In this document: positions 49,325-64,000 of the stretch, in pieces | Layout: each line of letters starts with the position of its first letter | How positions within the stretch are numbered: position 1 is the stretch's first letter | Source of the DNA: Vicugna vicugna | Taxonomy: Eukaryota | Length of the DNA: 64,000 bases | NCBI GenBank assembly: GCA_013265495.1 | Contig: MU058198.1 | Location: 2,492,419-2,556,418 of the forward strand | Direction: 5' to 3' | The notes under the pieces: generated by a model | Database searches by the model: none | Told to the model about the DNA's origin: nothing | The model's input: only the letters and a program-made list of their open reading frames with translations | Made by a program: the position numbers and the translations under genes

Positions 49325-52300
49325 TAAGTGAATCTTGGATTTTTTTTCTTTATCCTTAGGTCTAAAAAAAGAAAAGGAAAAAGAAAAGTGACCTTGTTGA
49401 AATGTTGACTGCCTCTACAGCTACAGCACTTGTAGTCAGAATCCTTGGTCCAGTGTCTCAGCCTGTGCAGTTATGCTTTTTAAATTCACCATAACTTGAT
49501 AAATAGCCTCATTGGTGTGTATTTCTGTGGTGGGAATTACAATGCTTCCCAACTTTGACATGCACAGGTATCACCTGGGGTTCTGGTTAAAATGCACATT
49601 CTGAGTTAGAAGGTCTGGGGTGGGACCTGCGATTCTGCATTTTGAGCAAGTTCCCAGGTGGTGTCTATGCTGCTGCTGACCTATCAGAAAGAAGCAGGAT
49701 ACTTGGAACCAAGCCCTTAACACAGGCTGAAGAGTGAGATATTTGCTTTAAGCACACCTCCCTGAAGCAAGTCTTTTTGGGAGGGATCTGATTCAGCCCA
49801 GCAGTGGATGGTGGCTTGTTCAAGGGTCCTCCATCTGTTCTTACATAATTCTGGGCTCACTAGAATTTTGTGAATGTATTGTGAAATTCTCTATCCCTAG
49901 AGTGGTTGATTCTCTCATATAAATTTATGGAAAAAGCTCTAGGAATATTTTTATCCTTTCTTGGCCAGATTTTCTAACATCCCCAAAGCCCAAAAATCCA
50001 GAACATCAAAGAAAAGCAGCAGGGCTCAGTCCTTCAAAAGCCTGTTGGACTGCTTAATACCACTGGCTTGGCCCACTTTTTCTTCCCTTGAGGTTTGGAG
50101 CCAGCATCTAATGAGTGTCTGGATCCTCAGTCTATCATCTGGTCCTTAAATATGTTTTCAAGCACCCTGAGCCATTTCTCAGGGTATCTTACTTGATTTT
50201 CTTCATTGTTGATACGAAATTGCCTTAAATTTGCTTCAGCAAACAGTTGTTATTTTTGTATTGATAGTTGAGTTTATACAACTTGGTCTGACATTTTGTT
50301 TCTAAAATTGGCTGCATTGAATTTCTATTCTATACCATGTATATTTTTGTTGGGAGAGCAGACAAGTCGCCATAGCAGTGACTTTTAACCTTTTTGAGTC
50401 CTGTACCTCTTTGAAAGTGGTAAAAGGTAGAAATCCTCTCTTCAGATAGTCCTTACATTCAACATTTTGCATATAATTTGGGGGAGATTTCAAACTCTAA
50501 ACCACTTAACCCCTACCTCTACCCCACTGGCTCCTGGTTAAAATTCTCTGCTCTGGGATTTCACAGTTTTGTCAAAGAGAGGCAATATAATTAATAAATC
50601 CCTTTTATTTTAACTTCCCTTATCTGCAGCTCTTCTGCTTTTTTTTCCCTTTTGAATAACCCTCATCCTCCCCACCCCCAAACAAAACAAAAATATCTCT
50701 TGCCCTGTGTCCGGGCCTCAACTGAAAGCTTAATTTTGAGCTCATTGGTATTTTCCATCCCTGGCAATGGTAGCTTATTACCATGAGTGGCTGTCTCTTA
50801 TAGGAATAATTACTATGGTAACCTTCTTCAATTAAGAAGATAAGATACTTAATCAGACTTTTATGTGGGAAAGGGGAGGGCCAAGTAGAGAGAGGCTTGA
50901 CAGGTATTTTCAGAGTTTATTTTATAAGGAAGATATTTGTAAGGAGGTGTGCCTCCTCTGTGGACTCTAAATCTAGAGGGAACTTAGACTGTGGCCAGAG
51001 AACCTAGGATGGTTATTGCACACACACCAAAAACACATGGACTGCCCTACACATTGCAGGAAGTCTAACTTTTCTGACCTTGCCTACTAAATGACAGTAG
51101 CACCCCCAAGTCATTGTGACAACCCAAAACTCTCCCCACCTATTCTCAGTGCCCCTTAGAGGGCAGAGTCCATCCTGGTTGAGAAATGCTGGGCTCGATG
51201 AATTTTGATTTCCTTTTTTTGACAGTTTAAATCTTTTTGTGTAGCCTCTGTTGTTCATGATCTTTGGAAATAGGACAGTACTTCTCTGCCTGGTGCCTTT
51301 ACACCTGAGCTCTGACCTCAGATGACCTGTAGCTCTAGAATGTTATGATTATCATGTCAAAGGTCGTTAGATTCCAAAGAGATAGCTGAGGGGGCATGTT
51401 ATTTTATAATTGGGAAAGTTTAAGTCATTAACTATTTTGCAACGTACTTTTGGTCCTATGGCAGATCAGCACCAGCATTTGAAGTATGCATTCCCCCAAG
51501 CCTGTGACCTCCGACCTCTGTCACTTTTCCTTGCTCTGACTCTGGCTTCTGTGTGAAATTTTAAATAGCCGTCTCACTAAGTTCAGATCCTTTTCTCAGA
51601 TCTTTCTGCAGCCTGTTTTCCTACTAGAAGATAGGAACTACTGAGCTGTAAAACACCTTGTCTTTTAGGAGGTGTGGTTTTCTTGGGGAGGCAGTTGTAG
51701 TGGGTAAAAGTCCCTTTGGCCTTCCCCGCTCCCATTTTAGCATTTTTGTGGGGCAGAAGATTTACTGCAGATACATTGGTAGATTTGGTTGACCTTCTCC
51801 TAAGGCCTTAATGGGAGAGGGGATGGGGAGTTTTATGTGAACTCTGTAATTCTAATTTTTTCCTGAAACTGGTCTCACCAGCTGGGCGCACCAAGTTACA
51901 CATGTCTTTCCAGTCACTGTGTAACAAACATACTGTGCTTTATGATTATTTCCAGAAAGCAGCAGTACAATGAAGACCTCCCTGCCATTTCCTAGACCAG
52001 TGGTTCTCAGACTTTTTCAGGATCTGAAAAGGAAGCGCCCCAGGAGCTGCTTCAGGCTGCAAAGAAGAGCCTAGGGGTGGGCTGGCAGTGGCTCTGACCT
52101 CATTTCAGCAGTACTCTCATTTTACATTATCTATTAAGTAATGTCCACTTCATATAAAGAAAGGGGTCTGCTGCTTAAAGGAAGTCTGAGAACGCCTGCC
52201 ATATATAAACAAGGGTTTGAGAGCTAGAAAACAAGCCCTAAACAGCGAGTGCATTTTATTTCCTAAGATGGTGCTTCCTGAGACTCGGTTTGATCTGCAG

Positions 52301-52949
52301 CTGCTTTTCTGAGAGCTCTCTTTCATCTCCATTTTAACCCCTCTCTTTTCAAAGGCATTACTATGTTTTGGATTTTTTTTTGTAGGATTTTAGGAATAAT
52401 AGGACAAACTGACACAAGTATGAATCTGCTTTCTTAATGCAAATTGACTGATATCACAAGGACCTCTCTTCCTCTTTTCTCTAGTGTCTCTTAAAAAATT
52501 ATCTAGAGCTATTTTTTCTCACTCATTTTTCAGTTTCATACTCTAATGGCTTTTTTTTTTTTTCTATTTGCTTTTTCTGCTTAGTTTTATTGGCTAGTGT
52601 TGTGGTCTGATTCTGTGGGTCTGTCGTTTTTTTAAACCGATAAACATATTTTCTATTACTCTTTCCATCTCCTTCCTTTGTTGGCTTCAATTCTTCACAT
52701 TCATCTTTGAATTTCTTGCATATTCTTCCCTTCCCACCTTTTATTCCTCTCCTTTCCCTACTCTTTTTGGGGTATTATTTGCAACCTCAAAGACAGATGA
52801 TGATATCTGGAGATGTTTTCTTATTTTACTAACTTTACTTTTTAATCATAAATCATATAAACTATATATTTTGGTCATATAATTTATAAAATAAACATTT
52901 TGTAGATTCAAAGGGCTGTTGAACTACTTCAGCAGGTTCCAAAGGCTGA

Positions 52950-53246
<297 letters not shown>

Positions 53247-55603
53247 TAGACATGGTTTGGGGTATATTTCTTGGTTTTAGATGTATTTTTTTTTGAAATT
53301 ATTTAAAGGATATAAAACAGAAACTGTTTTCCATGACGAAGCATTAAAAGAAAATCTTCCTATGTTTTCATAGGAAAAAATTTTGGCAGCATGTTTACCT
53401 TCCTCCGTCTGCTTTTACCAAAAAATTAATGTGAAAATTAGTTTACATGATCTGAATGGTAGTTTGTAGATGGTGGAGGAAACAAGGGTGGTGGGGATGG
53501 GTTTGGAATGAAATCCACACATACAATTCACATGTGGGTGATCAAATAGAAATTGTGTATGCATTTTTGACACCAGAGAACCACAATCATTAATATAAAT
53601 TTGAAAGATGCTTGACTTTAATCCATTATCTGTAGGTATGGGATCTTTCTTAAAAAGAAAAGAAAATATTGTAGTTAAGAATTCTATTTCTCATGTTAAT
53701 ATCCTCTTTATTTTATTTTTTGAATGAAAAAATACTGGAGACCGAAGTGATGACCATTTACTCTCAATCCATCACGGTGGAGCATTTGTTCAAAGACTGA
53801 TTGTCAGATTCTTTGTCACTATACATGAAAGGAGCAAGTTCATTGACCTGAATAACATATTAGGAGAGTTTCCAAGGTGTAATTTCTAGTCTGCCAGTGA
53901 TTTACAGTGTGACCTTGGACAAGTCACTTCTTTCATTTTTCTCATAAGAAGAGGAAAATTCTAATGCCTTGTTAGGATTCCTGGGCTAATGCCTAGTTTG
54001 AGTGGGGCCGATAAATTTGTCTTATCGTGGAATGGAGTTTACAAGTAGAAATCACAAAACAGAAGTGAAGGTGAAGTTGGACTTCTGTAGGTATAGTTTT
54101 AACTGTCCCGATACTAAAGCTGTAATTTTCTGTTATGAGCATGTGTTTCTGTCTTTCAAAATTACCAACATGGAAACTACCTATCTGTGAATAACTCTGA
54201 GATGGATTTAGTAAGATTATTCTAGATGAAAACATGCTGATGATGTTTGACTTCTGCTTCGTTGTACATAGGCCTAAGATTTTGTTGTTTTTTAAAATCA
54301 GGTATGTAATTTGTCTTTTGTAAATTTATGAATTTAAATTGGCTGTTTGGCTGAGGCATTAATATACAAATAGTCTTTCTTTAGTTGTTCATTTCAGTTT
54401 TTAAAAAGGAAATTGATGACTCTTTCATCCAGAAAGTAGAATCTTCTCTCTAGTTTGAGCTAAATCAGTTTCTAAAATCATCACTGCAGTCGTCATGTCA
54501 GTTCAACAGAGTGATTTAGGAGCCCTAATGCCCTACTTATTTCAAGCAACAAAGAAGTCTGACTAGACCCTTGAAGTTTGTCAGAGTGTTGTTTTGGAGG
54601 AAGGCTTTAGTTTTTAAAAAATCTAGATTGAAAAGAAGATACAGCTGGGTGGTTTGTGTTCCTTTTTACTCTGCTATACAAAAATGCTCTAAGATGTCAT
54701 CATACTAATGAGTTTTCCTAAACAGCTCTCATTATGCTTTTAGAATTTTCTAAGATACCTCTACTGTATCTGCTCAGCATGATCAAAGAGTTGTTTACCA
54801 AAGGTGCTTTTTCCGGTTTCCTCTTCCTCCTGTCTATCATAACATGCCTCACCTACCACATTCTGACTGGTATAACCAAGCAGGAGTGAGTAATTTATAG
54901 AATTGCCTTAAAGGCGTGGCTAACAAAGACTCTTGATATAAGCACTCCTCCCCTCTGTGAGTAAAACTTCCTAGAAATGTTCTTAGGGAGAGAGAAGAGG
55001 GGAAGGAATGAGGAAGAGAGAGTGTGTGTGAGTGCGATATTGAGGGCTCAGAATGGTGTGTTAACAATGCTCTCCACTTACTGTTTTAATAGGATGTCCT
55101 GTGCTTTATCTTTTTCTATATAATTATTTAGATATGAAGACTCAAGAGTATGAAATAGTATCTCTCTCCTGGGAACAGAGATTTGCTCAAGAGATCATTG
55201 TTTGTAAATGGAAATTATCTTACACCACTCCTAGCCAGTCTTAAAAATAGGACCCTAGGAATAGAAAACATGAATATATGATGTATTCTGTGATTACATT
55301 CCAATGAGTGTAGAAAGTAGGATTCTTTGTTCAAGAATTTGATGCCCTAGTTTCATAAGCATTTTTATCACCTTAGATCTTCACGCTTATTAAACATGTT
55401 CGTTCTTATAAAGGAAATTTTATATGTTTTGAGGTTTGGAAATAGATGAAATGCTAAATTTAAAGAAATAAGTTGCTTACTTCTGCCTTGCCATTTTATT
55501 ACTGCAAATATAAATTATAAATGAAGATTTTGAACTTACTTTGATTTAGAAGACAAAATTAGAACCTTTACTGGCATCTAATTATTTTAAAAGATGTCTT
55601 TAA

Positions 55604-55876
<273 letters not shown>

Positions 55877-58167
55877 TGATTCTGGGCTGTGCACAATTAG
55901 ACGTGGTCTTGTATTTCTCAGAATAGCCTGGAATTTAACAGAATACAGTTAACCCCTGTAAAGTATCGCCTTGGTTAATGTTCATCTCAGTGTGGCTTTA
56001 TAGAACTCTAGTACACCCTTTGCAGTGGTAATAATTAATACTCAGCTGAATCTGTCTGCTGGAGATTGAAAACCTAAAATGTGTCCATATTTCCTGCTTT
56101 TAAATGGAGCTTGAACCATTAATTTTTTAGCTTATGAGCTGAGTCAAGGAATAAATGATGTCTTTTAATCTATCTGTGTATACCTGCCAAATGTCATAGC
56201 TGTTAAGTATTTTACATCTCTTGTCCCAGACTCTAAAATGATAAATGCTGTTGTTACCCGTTTTTTCCTTTTGAAGACCATTTATATCCCAGCATGTATC
56301 ATTTCTTTGTGTGACATGTGGTTTCTTGATTCCATGTCTTGCTCTTCAGCAATACTGAATGAAGAATATCTCAGAAGAAATGGTTTGATTTCATATTGCT
56401 TCATATTTACTGTGACTTTAGGCCAAAAGTCACATTTATTCATGCTTGGTTTTAGTTTATGTGGTTTGCAATTTAGGTCACGTTGAAAGTTACGACTTTA
56501 AGCCTCTTTTGCATTTTCGTAAGTTATTGTACAGTAATGTAAAAATTATTTGTTATATAAATAATACACGTTAATACTTTAGAATCTTTACTTTTTCTCT
56601 TTTACTGCCTTGTTCAGTTTGGGTTCAGAAACTGTAAGAGCTTGCAGACATTTTTGAGAAATCCACTAATGTTTTGCAAGTATCATAGTTATCAGGTATC
56701 TGTGAAAATCTGTGTCTTAAGGACTAATGCTCATGTTTGCTTATAACCCGGGGTTTATGTCGCCACTCACTTGCTCCTTCATTTCTTCTTGTCCTTATTT
56801 TTTCCCCCTCAGGTTTTGGTCTGTTCTGATTTAATGCTTAACATTTACCAAATGGTTTTAGATTTGTGTTGATGGTGGGGAAAATGAATTCTTTAGACAT
56901 AGGTGGGTGGGAAGGAGAACAGATAAGCAGATGTCCCCTCCCCCATCTGTTTACATTCCTGTGTTGAATCCTTTGTCATGGTAAAGAGCGAAACTGCTTT
57001 TTGTGTGAGTGCCCATATAGCACATACATATGTTGTACAGGGAAAAACCTAGTAAATGTCGTCCTTGATAATTCAGCAGCCCGACCTTGTTTCGGTGCTG
57101 CTCCCTGTGTAATTAAACCTCGGCTCTGTCTCGCTGCATTGCAATCACTAGTCATCAGGTTGTAAGGCCCAGGCTTCCTGCGTCCTGTTGGGCAACCACA
57201 CGATGGAACTTTAATGCTGCTTCCTGGCATAGCAGGAGGTGGAAGAGCAAGAGAAGAAATGTCAGTCTAACCACGATTTTATTTCCTTGTGTTGCTGACA
57301 TAAAAATTGAGAGGAAGTTAAACTGGACAAGAGGGCAATCGCCAGTAAAGACTGAAAACAAGCTCCTTGATTGTGGATGCACAGAGTTGACTGTTGAATC
57401 CAAGGAGGCTGATGTTTGACATACAGCAAACCTGAGACATGAAACCTTGTTGCTGTGGGTGACCTCTAGTGACCTTTAAGTTTTGTAGACTGCTTGTGGC
57501 ACTCTATTTGTGCGTCCCTTGTCTGAGTCGTTAATTAGATCCTGATGATTTCCATGTGACACTGTGTAAGGGCTATGAGGGGCAGAGTGATCTTGCTGTG
57601 TGAGGTCATGAATACCGGGCTGTTTTAAGGCTTTCTGAGTATACTTTGCATACTTGGCTCAATTAATTTTTTTTAACCAAAGCAGTTGTAGATGAAATAA
57701 TTACTTGTGTAATTTTTTTGATTTGTCTTGAAATTGAACCACAGTGATTTTGTTGGCATAGGTTAAATTGGGGAAAAAAATGCAAAATATATCTTTCTAA
57801 TTTCAGTCTGCTTGGTTTACTGACCAAGTTCTGGTGAGGGGCTATTAAATCTAGTGAGAATTGTTTTAAGTATCAAAGAAGGGGAAAGTATGTAATGAAG
57901 AAAAGAAGAATTATGTTGCAGTAATGGAAACAGTGATGTTTAATTTTTTTAAATTGTAATTTTTATAAAAAGGTAACTCATGGTTCAAAAGAAAAAGAGC
58001 TCAGCTTGCAAGAGAATATATAATGAGACGTTTCTCGTCTACTCCAGTTCCACAGTCTTGTTCAGGTTTCTTGAAAATTCTTCTAAAGATCGTCTATGCA
58101 AATACAATTATACCTAGGAAATTATTCCTTACCAGCACGTAAGTATCTACGCCCTTGTCTGGACGTA

Positions 58168-58363
58168 AGTGGTGTGTTGGAGCTGGTTTTACTGGCTCGT
58201 GACAGCTGATTGTTAATTATATTGGGAGGAACTTAGTGAACTGGTTGTTAAACTTGGCCATTATTGAAATTGACCACGATGAGTACCTACACCACGGAAA
58301 CTGGCAGACTCCACAAATAGCCGCTCCCTTCTGGCTGGTTGGTAAACATTTACCAGCACACTG
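58168..58363 (+). mobile_element. MER63A-like short hAT element
   Basis: AGTGGTGTGTTGGAGCTGG...GGTAAACATTTACCAGCACACTG, with imperfect terminal inverted repeats. Confidence 0.6.
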
Positions 58364-59739
58364 CGGGACATACGGTAACTTGACTTGAGGAGGCCCCTGT
58401 TGACATACTTTTAGATACTGGCAGTTTGCTTTATAAATAATAGTGAAATGAACACTGTTAGGCAAGTCTTTACACACCTGCAAGTAGGTAGTAGGATGCT
58501 CTTTCAAGAAACAGAAGGAGCAACTAAAAGTAACTTTTGAAAATTAAGAGTTTATTTTAGAAAAACGATTCCAAGTTTGGTGAATTCAGTAATGGAAGTG
58601 TCCACTGAAGTTTGAGGCTTGCTTTCGTTTCTTCCCCTTCTGTGTGCTGACATTCCCCTCACAATTACGGAACGGCTGATGCAGTGCCAGCGTCATGTGC
58701 AGGCATGACAAAGTCTTGGAAAGAAAGGGGCATTTTTCTCCTATACATTTTTCTAAGTGAGGGAAACCTATCCCAGAATCTCCCTGGCACATCACACTTC
58801 AGATGCAAGGACTGAGGCTTGTGCCCCTGCCCAGCCTTAGGACCATTGTGATGCGGGTCCCGGGAGGGAGTCTGCCCTGATGCTTGTGCACTGTGGGACT
58901 GAGCTCACAGTGAAGGTGGAAGGGATACTCCTATGTCACAGAATAGCTCTGTTCATTTAAAGAGCGTTTACTGAGTGATGCTCGAGATAAGTGAGCAGAA
59001 AACATACAAATACCCTTGTCCTTGTGGCGTTTACTTTCTACTAAGAAAGACAGCAAACATATGACGTATTGATGGTGATAAGTGCTATGGAGAAAAATAA
59101 ACAATAAAAGCAAGAAAGGGGCCTCGTGGAGTTAGGGTTGGGTTTAGGTGCTGTAATTTTAAAGGGAAGGGCCTCACCTAGAGGGTGACGTAGGGAAAAG
59201 AGTGAAGGAAATAAGGTTTCAGGTTATCTGTGTGATGCATTTCTAGGAGTGAAGCTGCTTGTTAAAGAGTGAGTTTTCCAAATAGCTACACTGTGATCCT
59301 AACACCATTTATTGAATAATTATCTTTTCCCCAGTGCTTTGAATGTCACTTTTATCATAAAGTCCTGTATGTGTTTGGTTCTGTTCTATTAAGATTTGTC
59401 CCTCTGTGTGTGTGTCAGTACCAAACTACGTTAATTACTGTAGCTTTGTCATACATTTTAATATCATAACACTAGTCCTCCTTAATCAGTTCCTTTTAGA
59501 TTTTTCTTGGCTTATTTATTTAACAGATCAGCTTTAGCACTAGCTTGCCTAATTCCCCTGTGTTAAGTTTACAGGTTAATTTCGGGAGTATTTCCTGGCA
59601 AATTATAGGATGTACCTTTCAATTTACTCAGTTATGTTCTTTAGTAACAAAATTTTCTTCTGAAGGGTCCTGCATAAGTCTTGTTAGATTTATTCTAATG
59701 GTGTGTGATATTAAATTTTTTTCATCATATTTAAAAAAA

Positions 59740-60200
59740 TTTATTTCTCAGCTTCATATAATTGGCAAGTAAAAGTTTGTTGTATTTTAAGTGTACAGAG
59801 TGGCAATTTAATATACATATATATACATTGTGAAATGATTACTACAGTTAAGTTAATCAGCACACCCATTACCTCATATAGTTACCTTTTGTGTGTGTGT
59901 GAGATGAGAACACTTACGATCTGTTCTCTTAGCAAATTTAAAGTATATAGTTCAGTATTATTAACTATAGATCCCCAGAACTTATTTCTTACAACTGAAA
60001 GTTTGTACCCTTTGACCAACATCTTTTTTCTCCCCACCCACCAGTTCCTGGCAACCACCATTCTGTTCTCTGGTCCTACAAGTTTGACTTGTTTCAATTC
60101 TACACATGGGTGAGATCATATAGTATTTATCTTTCGATGTCTACCTTATTTCACTTAGCATAGTGTCCTACAGGTTCAAACATGCTGTCTCAAATGGCTC
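59740..60200 (-). mobile_element. LINE-1 (L1MA-like) 3' end within older decayed L1 sequence
   Basis: ACATTGTGAAATGATTACTACAGTTAAGTTAATCAGCACACCCATTACCTCATATAGTTACC...CTTATTTCACTTAGCATA. Confidence 0.75.
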
Positions 60201-63200
60201 TTGCATCATATATTAGGGTGGATATTATGCATACATACGGAAGCAATTTTTTGTGTGTGTACCCATTTTGAAACCTTGTTTATTACCTTATGGGATTATT
60301 TTAGTGTTTCCAGTAGTTTCCACCATTGATTTCTCTTGGGCTTTTTAAAATACAGTTATAACATCTTCAAATGGTTTTGCTATTTTCTTCTCATTTTTAG
60401 ACTTTCTTTTTGGTCCAAGTGAATTTGTAGTTACTTCCAGAATATGTTAAAAAGAAAAGAGTGGTGGGCATTTTTGTTTTGATTTTCATGAAAAATGTTT
60501 TAAATATGATGGCTGTCTTTGGCCTGAGATTGCTGTTTGGCTTGAAATATATATTTTCAAAAACTCCTGTTTTATTAAGAGCTTAAAAAAAATCGGGCAT
60601 GAGTGTGGAATTTTGTCACCTGTGTTTTGAACACCTGTCTAGATAGTCATCCTGTTTTTTCTCTGTTGGCTTATTAAATTAATAGTACTAATGCATATCT
60701 GCTCCTGAATCTCTGGGCTCAAGCGGATAGTCTTTTTGTAACACATCACTAGATTAAATTTATAATAACTCTGAATAAAAGCATTGCCATTAGTATTATT
60801 GATAAATGATACTTGGTCTGATTCTAGTCTTTTGTTTATTTGGAGGATGTTAACTTTATCATGTTCTGGTATTTGTGTTCTGCTGGCTTTGTAAAAAGTA
60901 ATTTCTAAGTTCTTTACTGTGCTTTTTAAGAAGTAGCCCTTGGCAGCCTTCTCACTTTCTTCCAGGGTCATCGTTCGGGTTAAATTAGACATCTTCAGTC
61001 TTAAAGCTCCCATCAGTCTAAATAGAAATAAAGAAGACTCTGGCAGGACTGCTTTGTGCAAAGACTATGGGCTTTGAGGGCTGAGCTGTATTTGAAATAT
61101 GGGTCAGCCCTTATTACCTGAGCCTCCCATTAAGCTTGGTGTTTCATCCGTAAAGATGGGGCTAATACCTACCTTGAGGTTTGTTGTGAGGATTAAATAA
61201 TGTAATTTAGAAAGTAGTGCCCAGTCACGTCCGGATCAGTATTGGTGGTTGATACATGTTAGATTGATTTCATTGCACCTTATTTTGTTACTTTGGCTTT
61301 ATTTGTGGCTTCATTGATTATATTTGTTCACAGTTCTTCACTTTGCAGTATTTGTCAATGTTTTTGCATTTTAACTTGGTCTCAAAATCTGAGCCTTCTC
61401 CATCGATTTATGTGACTTGACTCCACAGAGGCTTAACTATATGCCCAGGGTTTTAAACTCTCTCAGGTCTTACATATTGGAGAGAAAGAAATTACTTACT
61501 CTGAAAATGTTAACACCTTTTGGTATGTGGTTTAAGTGCTCTTGTCTAGAATGGAGGGTGTGTATACACTAGAATTATGTCTTTGTCTGTTTTTCTCCTC
61601 AGGTTGTTCATTGTCTTGGGAAATGCAAATCTAAACAGAAAGCTATAGCTTAATCCTTTCCAGTGAAAATTCTAGATGCTCAGATAGCAGAAAAATTAAT
61701 ATGTTAGGGATTCAGTGAACAGTCCTTATGAAGAAGGGTGAGGGTCAATGTCCAGGGAGTGAAGTGTGCTTCATTATATCAGTGGAAATGCTGAAAAAAT
61801 ATTTTTCTATAGAAACATTGTTCAGTTGCATTCATATAAAGACATTTAAGAGCCTACTATGTACCAGGCAGTGCTAGGCAGTAGAAATACAAAGATAAAT
61901 GAGACTTGTGCTTCCTGTTTTAAAATACAGAATTCCAGAAATTAAACAACATTGTGTATCAACTATACTCCAATTAAAAAAAATACAGAATAGTTCAGAA
62001 ACTGTAAACAAACAGTGGTAGGATAGTCTGATAAGAAACATGACAAAGTAGTCTGGGTTTAGAGAAGGAATGATCCGTTAGTTGCTGGAGGAGTTAAGGA
62101 AGTGTTCAGGTGGGATGTGACATTTGAACTGTGTTTGTATCTGTGGGGCATTTTACCAGGCAGGGGGAACAACATAAGCAAAAGCATGAAGGTGTCAACA
62201 AGGGGAGGTTCCCAGGCAAGGATAAGTTCAGTGAAACCCAAGGATAGCATGCAAAAGAGGCCTTTGATTATATAACGGTATAGCTCTCAATAAATATTGT
62301 TGGCTGGACGGATGAATAAAAGAATGAATATTATATATACATCAGGCACTCATATATAACCTGAGGGAATATAACTACTTGGGAGAGTGTATTCCAAGTT
62401 TCAGCTTAAAAATCAGTCTTTGAAACAGAGTCCTTGATTGTATTGGGAGAGGTTTATTTTGAATCAAATATGAGTTTATCTTAGGGATTTTGTTTCCTTG
62501 TTAGCTACACAAAGAGCAGTATATTTTCAGCCCTGGAAGTACCAAAATGAAGCAATTCTCAGAAATGAAGAGGGAATGAGCAAAGCCGACACTTCTATTC
62601 ACCTGGATGCTGTTAAGTGCTTTATCTTGTTTTGCCATGTGGTTTAGAAGTTCTTTGATTTCAGCCAGGCCAGTGGTCTGGAAGTGGAGGGAGTACACCA
62701 GACAATTTGTTTTGGGATACAGAAAGAAAATGGTAGCAGTTTTATTCCTTTTTATGCCAATTGTTTAATGTCTGTTTTTGTGTATACACATATACTCACA
62801 TACATATATGCATACACTATGCAAAACACACACATATGCATGTGCACTCAAACATACATACATCATACACGCAAATAAAATGAGGTTAGTGCTCCCCCCA
62901 CTTCCCTTCCCATTTTTCCTGGTACATGTGATTAGAAAGATTAGAGATCACTGATTTAAACCGTCAGTACAAAAGACTTTCAAAGGGATCTTAAAATATT
63001 TTAAATTTGATCTGGCTTTTAAAAATAAGAATACACCTCATTTTATACTGGTATAAGAGAAACGCTTTAATGAAATAAACATAGTAGATTTAATAATGAA
63101 CGTATACTTGTGGCACTTTAAATAGATTTTTTTTTACACAGAAGTAATTTTCAGAGAACAGTCCATAACATGTTTTCTTAGTGAAGGGTAATGAATTCCA

Positions 63201-64000
63201 TAAACATTCTTGCTGTACCCAGCCCTTAACTGTTATTTCCCTCCTAAGTTGGTTAAAAATCAGTATTGCAAAGGCATTGTCAAGTACAGTGCATTGCTGA
63301 ATCCTTCCCTGGTGCTGTTATTTGGCACAAGACTGACACCTAGGGTCTGTTGTGGCTTATTTGTTCTGAGGTTTTCTCTGTTTAACCTTCTGCGTTGGAT
63401 TTTCTATACTTCAGTCATTGTATTCTGACTCTAGTCTCGAGTCTCTTCTAGTCTCACTTTTTTTGGCAGCATGATGTAAGTTATTTTGCATATCCTCGCA
63501 GGAAAATGTGCTTTAAACCATTGCCCCAGTGCAGTACCCGACGAAAGAAGTTTGCTCCAAAATACTTTTCAAGATGATTTCTCTCTAACTCAAATTCTGG
63601 CACTTTCCTTTCTCCCTCCATTCCTCCTTCCTTTCCAACTTAGTCTAATTGGCCTATCCCTTCTACAAACAATGAAGACAGTTCTTCCACTTAAGACTGA
63701 GGCACACAGTATGACTTCAGATCTTCTTCAGGTATCAGGCATCAAGTGATGCATCTCGTATGTTGAATGAAACAAATCTAGGACATATGACATAAATTAA
63801 AAGTTTTTGAAGATGTTTGCTTAGAATTCTCTTAGCAAATTAGGAAAATACTTTTCAGTTACATTCGGCTTTAAAGTATTTTGGTGATTATTGTCACCAA
63901 TAGTTTCCTATATTATGGCATCCTTCTTTTAGCCATTGGTCTTTTCCATTTACCTTAAATTGTTTTTTTAAAGCCCTGATGGGTGTATGTCCATTAACGC

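Noticed and set aside
60639..61061. 140-aa minus-strand ORF
   Set aside because: Overlaps AT-rich, decayed L1-like sequence; no recognisable domain or splice support.
61580..61640. Strong-looking acceptor TTTTTCTCCTCAG (similar one near 56812) as a METTL9 exon
   Set aside because: In the METTL9 phase a stop follows within about 10 codons and there is no similarity to the known C-terminus; no other support.

Overview
This is mammalian genomic DNA, not prokaryotic. It is probably camelid, judged from about 12 copies of a short tRNA-derived SINE that resembles the camelid Vic-1 family. Two spliced + strand genes are present. (1) The last five coding exons of an MFSD13A/TMEM180-like major facilitator transporter, most likely MFSD13B (<1-367, 5357-5511, 7799-7882, 10996-11118, 23719-23851). 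They splice at GT-AG sites into one uninterrupted 286-codon frame ending in TAA, with a poly(A) signal at 23971. (2) The CpG-island promoter and coding exons 1-4 of METTL9, the histidine 1-methyltransferase (38044-38208, 49133-49323, 53027-53236, 55633-55817); its last exon lies beyond the window. The rest is intronic or intergenic DNA rich in retroposons and DNA-transposon fossils. Notable items: a U6 snRNA retrocopy with target-site duplication (TSD) in METTL9 intron 1; an intact solo LTR with a perfect 5-bp TSD about 3 kb upstream of the METTL9 island; a fold-back Tigger1 derivative just upstream of an MFSD13B exon; and a uORF followed by a weak-Kozak start at METTL9. I found no convincing wholly new biological system. 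Gene and repeat-family names come from recall, not from a database search. Repeat boundaries are approximate unless a TSD is given.
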